Positions 7,449 to 14,555 of a stretch of 19,360 bases of DNA are shown piece after piece (the first letter of the stretch is position 1; each line of letters begins with the position of its first letter). The DNA is taken from NCBI GenBank assembly GCA_002731395.1, contig PCBQ01000067.1, positions 1 to 19,360 of the forward strand, read 5' to 3'. The notes below the pieces were generated by a model. That model did not search any database. It worked only from the letters and a program-made list of their open reading frames with translations, and was not told where the DNA came from. A program made the position numbers and the translations under genes. This stretch comes from Methanobacteriota archaeon (GTDB lineage: Archaea > Thermoplasmatota > Poseidoniia > Poseidoniales > Poseidoniaceae).

Positions 7449-8708
7449 ATGGACCCGCTGAGCCTCGCTCTCACCGGCGCCCTTGGCGGCGCATTCGGGT
7501 TCGGCGTGCTCCGTTTGGTCCTCCGGCGCGATTCTCGGATTGACCTGCGTCAGGGCATGGTCGCTGAAGGTCTTGGTTCCCGAGTGGCCGGTGCCGACTT
7601 CACCACGCCACGAGCGGAATTTGACCGCCAACTCGCAAAAATTCAGAGTCAGCGTCGTCGCTTCGAGGCGGATGATGCGCGCCAGCGTGCGCGTAGTGCA
7701 GCACGCTTGCAGCGCGAAGAAGAAGCGCGCCGCAAGGAAGAAGACGCCCGCCGGAGGATGGAAGAAGCCGAAGCACGCAGGGCGGAAGAGGAACGCCTCA
7801 AGCGTGAAGCCGAAGAAGAAGCCCGTCTTCGCGCTGCTCGCGAGGAAGAAGAAGCGCGCTTGGCCGAGATGCGTGAAGCCGCTCGACAAGCGGAACTCGC
7901 AGAGATCGAAACTCAGCGCCAGGCGGAGGTCGAGGCCGCCCGTGCGCAGGCCGAAATGGAAGCACGTGCTGCTGCCGAACGCTCCGCGTCAGAGCTCCGT
8001 GCTCGACTTGAACGCGAAGGTGCTGCGACCAGCGACGTGCAAATCTCCCTGATGTGGAACAATTTCAACGACCTTGACCTCCACGTTGTGTGCCCTTCAG
8101 GGGAGCGCATCCACGGTGGGGCGAAGGAATCGCCATGTGGCGGTGTCCTCGACGTTGACGCGAACGTGAAGCCCGACACCCGTCGGCCCGTTGAAAACGT
8201 CGTCTGGCCCCAAGGCATCGCCCCGGGTGGTGTCTACCAAGTCTACGTGCACCACTACAAGAAGCACGCCAAGCGCCGCTCCCGCGACCCGACCCGCTTT
8301 TCGGTCATCATCAACGCCGGCGACGACGTCCGCGAGTACACCGGCGAATTGAGTGCAGGTGACCCGATCAAGAAGGTCTGCGAGTTCACCGTTGACCCAC
8401 CCGAGGTTCGCGCCGCACGCCGTGCCGAATTGCAGGCTCAACTTGCAGCCGCTGACGAGGCTTTGGCCACGGGCAACTTCGCTGCTCCTGAGCCCGAAGA
8501 AGAAGAGGATGAAGAAGAGGCTCTCATTGACCTTCCACCCGCGCCAGACTTGGATGAGATGGCGGCCGCTGAAGAAGTAGAGGAACCAGAGCCTGAGCCC
8601 GAGCCCGAACCGGCTCCCGCACCAGCGCCTCGTCGGAGCATGGCAGACCGCTACGGTCCTGCTGGCGGTGGCGACGACACGCCGGCCAACATCGACCGGA
8701 AATTCTGA
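7449..8708 (+). CDS. Membrane-anchored protein: N-terminal TM helix, long ER/K-rich charged helix, DUF2135 (YfaP)-like beta domain, acidic Glu/Pro-rich tail (419 aa)
   Basis: Start chosen at MDPLSLALTGALGGAFGFGVLRLVLRR; the earlier part of track ORF 7197.. overlaps ADH synthase antisense. The segment ISLMWNNFNDLDLHVVCPSGERI...GGVLDVDANV...PVENVVWPQGIAPGGVYQVYVHHY resembles the DUF2135 pattern (L.W....D.DLhV.dP.Ge......GG.ls.D...GyGPE......a.pG.Y.v.vnyy). Confidence 0.75.
   Translation: MDPLSLALTGALGGAFGFGVLRLVLRRDSRIDLRQGMVAEGLGSRVAGADFTTPRAEFDRQLAKIQSQRRRFEADDARQRARSAARLQREEEARRKEEDARRRMEEAEARRAEEERLKREAEEEARLRAAREEEEARLAEMREAARQAELAEIETQRQAEVEAARAQAEMEARAAAERSASELRARLEREGAATSDVQISLMWNNFNDLDLHVVCPSGERIHGGAKESPCGGVLDVDANVKPDTRRPVENVVWPQGIAPGGVYQVYVHHYKKHAKRRSRDPTRFSVIINAGDDVREYTGELSAGDPIKKVCEFTVDPPEVRAARRAELQAQLAAADEALATGNFAAPEPEEEEDEEEALIDLPPAPDLDEMAAAEEVEEPEPEPEPEPAPAPAPRRSMADRYGPAGGGDDTPANIDRKF
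7640..8020 (+). repeat. Purine-rich (GAA/GAG/CGC) low-complexity coding tract encoding an ER/K-type charged helix
   Basis: It encodes RRFEADDARQRARSAARLQREEEARRKEEDARRRMEEAEARRAEEERLKREAEEEARLRAAREEEEARLAEMREAARQAELAEIETQRQAEVEAARAQAEMEARAAAE. It also generates long shadow ORFs in other frames (7483..8052 +, 7377..7889 -). Confidence 0.7.
8582..8630 (+). repeat. Imperfect hexanucleotide tandem repeat (GAR-CCN, then GCN-CCN) encoding EPEPEPEPEPAPAPAP
   Basis: Read directly from the sequence: gaaccagagcctgagcccgagcccgaaccggctcccgcaccagcgcct, lying in the acidic tail of the 7449..8708 CDS. Confidence 0.8.
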
Positions 8709-8802
8709 GCCACGTTGAGGGCTCTTTCCTCATGGATTGAGCGAACGCCTAAATGCAGGCGACAGGAGGAGCCTTCAAGGCCTAGGCCCGAAGGTGAGCA
8801 TC

Positions 8803-9018
8803 ATGAAGACCTTCCCACTGGTGATGTTCGCGATGGGCCTTGCTTTCTTTGTCCTCGGATTTGGCTTTGGTGAAGGCGGCGCCTTCGACCTTGTTCAGAT
8901 TCTTCTCGGCCTGCTCCAAACGCTCATTGCCGCCATGGTGATGGGTTGGATTCCAATGCCTGGCGGCTCCTCGTCCGGCGATGACGGGGAAGACCCCGAT
9001 ACGATGAACAAGCACTGA
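8803..9018 (+). CDS. Small membrane protein, two predicted TM helices and an acidic C-terminal tail (71 aa)
   Basis: ATG 8803 lies 5 nt after AGGTGA (8792-8797); the track start at 8737 is a TTG. Hydrophobic segments are FPLVMFAMGLAFFVLGFGF and ILLGLLQTLIAAMVMGWI. The stop lies 3 nt before the next CDS. Confidence 0.55.
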   Translation: MKTFPLVMFAMGLAFFVLGFGFGEGGAFDLVQILLGLLQTLIAAMVMGWIPMPGGSSSGDDGEDPDTMNKH

Positions 9019-9021
9019 GGG

Positions 9022-11097
9022 ATGACCATGTGGGAACACCGAACGATTTCTGACGCTCACCTCCAAGAGCACCGCCGCGTCCAGCCCATGGAGTCTTATG
9101 TGGACCTGACCCAGAAGATTACCCGCACCATGGAAGTGGCTGAAGGGCACGTCTTCGATCACGAAGACTTCCTCCGATATGTGCCCCAAGAGGGGCCTTG
9201 GATGCCACAAATGGACTCTGACATGACCCGTGCTGACCCACGCACCCGCTACATCGGGAAAGGCAAGGCGACCTTGGTCAACACCAACATCATCCTCGGG
9301 TCCAGCTGGATTGAAGCCGAGCGTTTCCGCTACGAGCGTGACCTCAAGAGCACCTCGGACTGGATGAAGCAGAAGACCATCATGAACGCGAACATGTGGA
9401 CGCCTAGCACGGTCGCGACCACGCAGACCTTCGTCTTCTGTTCCACCGGCGACGAAGCCCGTATGGGTTCCGCGTACAGCGTTCGAGGCCCTCAGGACTT
9501 CGATCTGCCCAGCGACGACCACATGTTCTTCCAGCCGACCAAGGACGGTTGGCCTGAGTGGGACCCCGTGCTTTGGGGCCTCGGTCACCGCGGCGTTGTG
9601 CCCGGTTCCGACCCCGCTGAGCGCGTGTTTTACCCCTCGCTCATGCACCGCAACGTGACCTACAACAACCGCTTGGGTTGGGTGCGTTACTCTCCCGCCG
9701 GTTTCGGGAAGGACGCCAACGGCTACATCCTCACCCGACCGTTCGACTGGATTTGGCCTGCGGTCAACGGCAGCCGCGACACGCCGTCGTCGTTCAACCT
9801 CCTCGTGAACATGCCCGACCGCCGCGAATCGTTCGGCGAAGAAGGCATCACCGACATCTTCCTGACTTCGGGCAAGACCTCGCTCTACTCGCTGATGGGC
9901 ATGATGTCCTCCCCCATGGTCCGCCAGATGTTTGGTTCAGGTACCGACCTGGTACCCTTGGAAATGCACATGGTCGAGCCCGGCCTTGACGAGTGGATCC
10001 AGCGCGCCAGCGACGAGGACCGTTACGGTCGCATCTTCGAATATTGTGCAACGCTCGGTTACCTCTTGACCGACCCCGCCATCGGCAGCCTCGGCGAAGG
10101 AAACCAGCGCCGCCGCCTCATCATCTACCCGCAAGACCAGTCCAACCTGTTGGCCTGCGTCAGCGCCAGCCAAGTGGCCGACCACGCGGTCAAGGTCAAT
10201 TACGGCTCCACGGTGTTCACCAAGCTCGACCAGGCGGACTTCGAGAACCGCATGTCGCGCCGCATCAGCGCCTACGCCGACGAGATCACCCCAAGCGCCA
10301 CCGCCCGTGGCATGCGCTGGGTCTCCAAGGCCACCTTCAACGCCGGCGACGGTCAAGGCATCAAGGTCCAGACCGGTCCAGTGGTGCACTCGCTGTTGGC
10401 CGTGCGCGGGTACGAACTGCTCAGCCTGAAGGAGTACCAAGACACCTTCAACGAGGTCAGCGAAGCCCCACGCCGCCTCATGACCCGGATCATCCAGTCC
10501 GTGACCATGAACGCGATGAAGACGGTCTTCCCGCTCGAGACGGTGCAGTCCAAGGCCGCAGAAGGTTCCGCGCCTTACGCTGGCCTCTTCTCTGTTGAAG
10601 GCCGCGAGCAGCCGCTCGTGTACTACACGGACATCCGATTCCTCGTGCCCAACAGCATCGACCAGATGCGCATGCTCACCGGGCAGCGCGGCGCCGACCG
10701 CTCACGCATGCGTGAAGCCTTCACCGAGTTGACCGGTGCTGACCCCGTCACGGGCCTCTCCATCCTCGACCTGTGCCTGCCCTTCGCCGGCGACATGGGC
10801 GAGGGCACCTGGCAAACTGGGACCGGCATCCGCATGGACGAGGTCATCGTTGAGGTCACCTGCGCGGTCAACCCCGCAGCGGTCTGGAAGCACCTGCTCG
10901 ACTGCACCGCCGACCAGACCTTCACCACCGTCAAGGGCAACAAGGGCACCGCCGCCAACGTGTGGGGCGACGTCCTGATGCAGAACGAGCAGCTCCATGA
11001 CCGTTTCAAGAAGGACGGATTGGACCATTGGCTCCGCTTGCTGAAGATGATTTACCACTACGCGGACCATCATTCGCGCAAAAAGAACGGCCTCTGA
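9022..11097 (+). CDS. Large soluble protein of unknown function (691 aa), with no signal peptide, TM helix or recognisable catalytic motif
   Basis: It is a 2 kb uninterrupted ORF with a balanced composition rich in Trp, Tyr, Met, Asp and Glu, unlike the R/G/H-rich shadow ORFs on other frames. GAGG at 9017-9020 lies 7 nt before an alternative ATG at 9028, so the start is either 9022 or 9028. The tight spacing to the small membrane gene suggests co-translation. Confidence 0.75.
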   Translation: MTMWEHRTISDAHLQEHRRVQPMESYVDLTQKITRTMEVAEGHVFDHEDFLRYVPQEGPWMPQMDSDMTRADPRTRYIGKGKATLVNTNIILGSSWIEAERFRYERDLKSTSDWMKQKTIMNANMWTPSTVATTQTFVFCSTGDEARMGSAYSVRGPQDFDLPSDDHMFFQPTKDGWPEWDPVLWGLGHRGVVPGSDPAERVFYPSLMHRNVTYNNRLGWVRYSPAGFGKDANGYILTRPFDWIWPAVNGSRDTPSSFNLLVNMPDRRESFGEEGITDIFLTSGKTSLYSLMGMMSSPMVRQMFGSGTDLVPLEMHMVEPGLDEWIQRASDEDRYGRIFEYCATLGYLLTDPAIGSLGEGNQRRRLIIYPQDQSNLLACVSASQVADHAVKVNYGSTVFTKLDQADFENRMSRRISAYADEITPSATARGMRWVSKATFNAGDGQGIKVQTGPVVHSLLAVRGYELLSLKEYQDTFNEVSEAPRRLMTRIIQSVTMNAMKTVFPLETVQSKAAEGSAPYAGLFSVEGREQPLVYYTDIRFLVPNSIDQMRMLTGQRGADRSRMREAFTELTGADPVTGLSILDLCLPFAGDMGEGTWQTGTGIRMDEVIVEVTCAVNPAAVWKHLLDCTADQTFTTVKGNKGTAANVWGDVLMQNEQLHDRFKKDGLDHWLRLLKMIYHYADHHSRKKNGL

Positions 11098-11176
11098 TTC
11101 GAGACGATTCGCTGCCCGCGGTGCATCGCTGGACGCAGAGCCATCAGTTCAAGGACCGAACGCGTAAGCATAAAAC

Positions 11177-11872
11177 ATGGATTTCGCCTTCGGCGAGCCC
11201 CAGACCGCCGGCGAATTTCTGCTCGTCGCGGTCCTTGAGGTCCTCCTGCTTTCGTTCGGTATCCTGCTAGCCCTGCGGATCAACAACTGGAATGAGGCCA
11301 GAAAGGAGTCAAAACAAACCGATGAATTGCTAGGCCTGCTCATTCAGGACCTTCGCGAGAACCTTGACGAAATCGTCACGGACATTGGCATCGGAGAGGG
11401 CTTCATTGGCATGTGTGAGACGATCATCCAGCACAAAGATGCCATCGATCAGGTCGAGGACGAAGACATCGACAACCTGCTGGGTTACTTGGCCGCAGAC
11501 CACTTCTTCTTCGCCCAATCTCCTGCATTTACACGTCTTGAAGCGTCAAACATTTGGGAGAAGCTCACTGAGGAATTGAACTCGAAAATTCACCACATCT
11601 ACTACGGCAGGATCGGTATCATTCAGCAGCGTTTCGCCAAGCATGTTGAGTACGCAACGCATTGCAAACTCACGTACCTGATGCCAAACGGCTTTTTCGA
11701 TGCGGAATTGGATCATGATCAGAAGAGGAGCATCATCACGGCAACCTTGGATGATTTCCTTCACCACACGCATCTGCTCAACCACTCATGCGCCCGGATG
11801 GTCGCGTTTTGGGAAAGCACCACGGAACTCATCGATGACCTGATCGTCGAGCTTGAGGAACTCAAAGGATAG
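11177..11872 (+). CDS. N-terminally membrane-anchored protein with a Bacteroidetes-style INNWNE motif (DUF6090-like), 231 aa
   Basis: EFLLVAVLEVLLLSFGILLALRINNWNEARKESKQ resembles the N-terminal anchor motif (..IGILIALQINNWNE.RK) that I recall from flavobacterial DUF6090-type proteins. The gene has clearly lower GC than its neighbours. Confidence 0.7.
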   Translation: MDFAFGEPQTAGEFLLVAVLEVLLLSFGILLALRINNWNEARKESKQTDELLGLLIQDLRENLDEIVTDIGIGEGFIGMCETIIQHKDAIDQVEDEDIDNLLGYLAADHFFFAQSPAFTRLEASNIWEKLTEELNSKIHHIYYGRIGIIQQRFAKHVEYATHCKLTYLMPNGFFDAELDHDQKRSIITATLDDFLHHTHLLNHSCARMVAFWESTTELIDDLIVELEELKG

Positions 11873-11934
11873 CCTCTGGTTTTGCCGAACATTCTCGCGT
11901 TCTTTAGACGTCAGAGCCAATGGCCTTTCCTGAG

Positions 11935-11973
11935 GTAGAGCAGCGACCTCAATCAAGTCGCTCTACGGAAAAA
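11935..11973 (-). terminator. Oligo-T tract (T5 on the minus strand, 11969-11973) followed by an imperfect hairpin (11935-11966), downstream of purP
   Basis: The minus strand reads TAA-N17-TTTTT-CC-GTAGAGCGAC-ttgattgag-GTCGCTGCTCTAC. On the plus strand, T4 (11880-11883) and TTCTTT (11900-11905) follow the stop of the 11177..11872 gene. Archaeal termination typically uses oligo-T tracts. Confidence 0.35.
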
Positions 11974-11990
11974 CGGCTTGTGCTTGGACA

Positions 11991-13103
11991 TTAGGAGAGG
12001 ATGTCCATCAGGCGGTCGGCTTCAGCGGCGAGTCGAATCGAGCGCGCAATGCGGCGGCCGGTCGACATGAAGGGCTCGTTGATGTCCGAGTAGGGTGAGC
12101 CGCCGACGAAGGGGTTGGAGCCTGCGACGATGCGCGCGGAGATTTCGAAGACTTTGAACTCGAGTTGGTCGGTGACGATGGTTTCCAAGCAGAACGGGCC
12201 GATCATGCCGCGCGCGCCCTCCTCGAGTTCGAAGGAGGAGGCCACGGTGCCTTCGGCCATCAGGAAGGCCTTGGGGAGCAGGGATTCGCGGATGACGACG
12301 GGCTGGTTGCCCGTCACGACAAAGGAGGGCTCGAGCGACATCTCGCGCAGGTCACGCAGGGAACCGAGCTTGTAGAATTCGTCGACGTTGGATTCGTCCC
12401 GTCGGTCCATCGAGAGCAACTCGAGTCGGCCGAGGTTTTGCCCCTCATGGCTGCCCGTGCCCCGCACTTGGAAGCCGTCCGTCGCGGTGGGGTCGAAGAA
12501 GAAGTGGAGGTAGTAGCGGCAACCGAGCACGTACTCTTGGATGGTGAACTCCTCCTCGATGTCCACGTTGCGGCGGAAGTCACGGTAGTCACGGGCGATG
12601 AAATAGCCACGGCCGCCTTTGGCGCCGGCGTACTTGACGATGACAGGCCCATCGATGTCTTTCGGGTCCTGCACCACGCGAGGCATGTTGCAGCCGCCCT
12701 GCTCAAGCCATTGACGCTGGAGTTCGCGGCTCGATTCCCAATGGAGGATGCCGCGGTTTCCGAAGGTCGGGGTTTGCAGCTCGCGGAAGTTGTCCGAACC
12801 GAGGTACTCGACCAAGGACCCGTGGGGGATGAGGATGACGTTTCGCTCACGCATCCATTCCGCGTGATCCATCAACTCATGGTAGTGATCGAGCATCAGC
12901 CACTCATCGGGTTCGGCGCCAGGGAACGCGGCGTAAAAGCGACGACGTTCTTCACCTACGGCAATGCCGAGGGTCCGGAAGCCTTCCATCCGGGCGCCGT
13001 GAAGGATTTGTAGCGAGGAGTGGGAGGCCACCACGCCAATCGTGATGGAGGCTGGGTCGTAATCCGCCAGCCAGCCCGCGAGTGTCGACCCATCCACGCC
13101 CAT
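11991..13103 (-). CDS. purP: 5-formaminoimidazole-4-carboxamide ribonucleotide (FAICAR) synthetase PurP, ATP-grasp, 370 aa
   Basis: ITIGVVASHSSLQILHGARMEGFRTLGI and VIVKYAGAKGGRGYFIA match the archaeal PurP family. Start set at MGVDGSTLAGW (13103), giving a family-typical length. The track's 42-aa extension overlaps the divergent promoter region. Confidence 0.9.
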   Translation of the reverse strand: MGVDGSTLAGWLADYDPASITIGVVASHSSLQILHGARMEGFRTLGIAVGEERRRFYAAFPGAEPDEWLMLDHYHELMDHAEWMRERNVILIPHGSLVEYLGSDNFRELQTPTFGNRGILHWESSRELQRQWLEQGGCNMPRVVQDPKDIDGPVIVKYAGAKGGRGYFIARDYRDFRRNVDIEEEFTIQEYVLGCRYYLHFFFDPTATDGFQVRGTGSHEGQNLGRLELLSMDRRDESNVDEFYKLGSLRDLREMSLEPSFVVTGNQPVVIRESLLPKAFLMAEGTVASSFELEEGARGMIGPFCLETIVTDQLEFKVFEISARIVAGSNPFVGGSPYSDINEPFMSTGRRIARSIRLAAEADRLMDILS

Positions 13104-13124
13104 ATCGACCGGTTCCGTATGCGC

Positions 13125-13131
13125 TCTATAT
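13125..13131 (-). promoter_or_regulatory. TATA-like box (ATATAGA on the minus strand) about 25 nt upstream of the purP ATG
   Basis: The minus strand reads GGATATAGAG-N20-ATG. The spacing fits an archaeal TATA box driving a leaderless purP mRNA. Confidence 0.5.
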
Positions 13132-13137
13132 CCATTG

Positions 13138-13157
13138 CCGTGCTGTTCGCAGCACGG
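13138..13157. promoter_or_regulatory. Perfect 8-bp inverted repeat with a 4-nt spacer (CCGTGCTG-TTCG-CAGCACGG) in the purP/kynA divergent spacer
   Basis: All 8 base pairs were verified by hand (13138-13145 pair with 13150-13157). It lies between the two putative promoters. It could be an operator palindrome or, if transcribed on the plus strand, a UUCG-tetraloop hairpin. Confidence 0.4.
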
Positions 13158-13210
13158 CGCTGCACTTCGTCGCCGGTGGCTTTTCAGGCCGTCGCGCCCG
13201 TCACCCGAGC

Positions 13211-14299
13211 ATGGACCCCAACGGCCCAAGGATCACCTATGCGGGATACTTGCGTCTAAACGAGTTGCTTGGCTTGCAAGCAGGGCCCGACAGCCACCTT
13301 CCTGCACCCTGTCCCGACGAACAGCATTTCATCGTCGTACACCAAACCTACGAGTTGTGGTTCAAGCAGGTGCTGACCGAACTCGACGCCAGCCTTCGGT
13401 TGCTTGGTCAGCCCTCCGTTCCGGAAGGCGACATCCCTCGCGTCGTGCGCCACCTCGAGCGGGTGTCCGAGATTTTCCGTCTGCTCTCCGCGCAGTGGAA
13501 GGTGATGGAAACCCTTGCTCCACAAGAGTTCCTGGCTTTCCGTGACCGCCTAGGCACGTCATCAGGCTTCGAATCCTGGCAGATGCGAGCCCTCGAATTG
13601 ACCCTTGGTTTGAGCGACGAGCAACGAGTGGAGGGCGTCGATCCCATCGGGCACCTGCGCCGCTTGCATGCGGTCGGCGACATGTCTGATGCGGCCTTGG
13701 CCGATCTCGAGGCTCGCGTGGACGGGACATCGCTGCATGACGTGCTGCTGGCGTGGCTTGGTCGCACCCCCATCGACGGCTCGCTGGCAGAGTCGGATGG
13801 AGATGACGCCGTCGTGACCTCCTTCGTGGACGGTCATCTTTCGGCCATGCGGGGCCACGCCGATGAGGTCATCGCTCGAATGGTCGCTGTTGGTCAGGGC
13901 GAGCCCGCGGCCCTTGAGCAACGGATGTCGGCAGGGGTTGATGGCGCTGCGTCCTTCCTTCGACCAGACGGCGTTGTGGACCGCGCCCGTGCCGGTCTGC
14001 TCTACATTGAGTCCCACCGCCACCTGCCTTTGTTGGCATGGCCACGACGCCTCATCGACACCGTCGTCGAAGTGGAGCAGTCGATGCTCGCCTTCCGCCA
14101 CGCTCACGCCCGCATGGTGGAGCGCATGATTGGACGTCGCATGGGTACCGGAGGGTCCGCAGGTGTGGATTACCTCGATGCCACCACCAAATACCGCATC
14201 TTCACGGAATTGTGGGCGGTGCGCACCATGCTCGTCAAAGAAGCCATGTTGCCGCAGCCTCGTGACGCGGGCTTCTACGGCTTCTCAGGCTCAGACTGA
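13211..14299 (+). CDS. kynA: Tryptophan 2,3-dioxygenase (haem-dependent), long eukaryote-like form, 362 aa
   Basis: YAGYLRLNELL...FIVVHQTYELWFKQVLTELD (distal His), FRDRLGTSSGFES (substrate-binding Arg), LLAWLGRTP and FRHAHARMVERMIGRRMGTGGSAGVDYL (proximal His) track the TDO family. They closely follow my recollection of metazoan TDO2 ([57 protein letters not shown]). Start set at MDPNGPRITY (13211). Confidence 0.9.
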   Translation: MDPNGPRITYAGYLRLNELLGLQAGPDSHLPAPCPDEQHFIVVHQTYELWFKQVLTELDASLRLLGQPSVPEGDIPRVVRHLERVSEIFRLLSAQWKVMETLAPQEFLAFRDRLGTSSGFESWQMRALELTLGLSDEQRVEGVDPIGHLRRLHAVGDMSDAALADLEARVDGTSLHDVLLAWLGRTPIDGSLAESDGDDAVVTSFVDGHLSAMRGHADEVIARMVAVGQGEPAALEQRMSAGVDGAASFLRPDGVVDRARAGLLYIESHRHLPLLAWPRRLIDTVVEVEQSMLAFRHAHARMVERMIGRRMGTGGSAGVDYLDATTKYRIFTELWAVRTMLVKEAMLPQPRDAGFYGFSGSD

Positions 14300-14300
14300 A

Positions 14301-14555
14301 TCACGCATCGTGTGGGTCGATGTCGATGGGGATGAGCTCGTGCTCGTACTCATAGAGCGCGATCTTGAGTGGGTCGAGGACAAAGCGAACGTCTGCTTCC
14401 TCGTTGCCGTGGAGGGAGATCAATTCCTCGCGGAAGGCTTGGCGCAGGTCGTCTTCCTTGGCGAAAAGGGGTGCGCCCATACCAATCTGGAGGGCGCGAG
14501 CACCGATGATTCGGGCACGCTCAAAGCGGGTGTGGAGTCGGGCGGGCTTGACCAT
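14301..14555 (-). CDS. rpoK: DNA-directed RNA polymerase subunit K (Rpo6), 84 aa
   Basis: [21 protein letters not shown] is the Rpo6/RpoK/omega signature. AGGTG lies 7 nt upstream of the ATG. The stop codon is separated by 1 nt from the convergent kynA stop. Confidence 0.88.
   Translation of the reverse strand: MVKPARLHTRFERARIIGARALQIGMGAPLFAKEDDLRQAFREELISLHGNEEADVRFVLDPLKIALYEYEHELIPIDIDPHDA

Noticed and set aside
7483-8052. A K/R-rich 189-aa plus-strand ORF and an F-rich 170-aa minus-strand ORF (7377..7889) across the GAA-rich tract. I also considered whether the tract is a microsatellite or a non-coding repeat.
   Set aside because: Both are frame shadows of the purine-rich ER/K-coding region. 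The repeats are imperfect and codon-phased, which fits protein-level low complexity rather than a DNA-level element.
9850-9900. Possible P-loop (SGKTS) or family-B polymerase motif A (SLYSL) in the 691-aa orphan protein.
   Set aside because: The GxxxxGK[ST] spacing is not satisfied, since there is no Gly at the -5 position. The polymerase DxxSLYPS and YGDTDS motifs are absent. The resemblance is coincidental.
13300-13345. Apparent loss of the catalytic distal histidine in the TDO (PDEQHF where the metazoan enzyme has HDEHLF).
   Set aside because: Counting through the human TDO2 sequence as I recall it places the catalytic His76 in the downstream THQ motif. That motif is conserved here as VHQTYELWFK, so the His preceding DE is not the catalytic residue.
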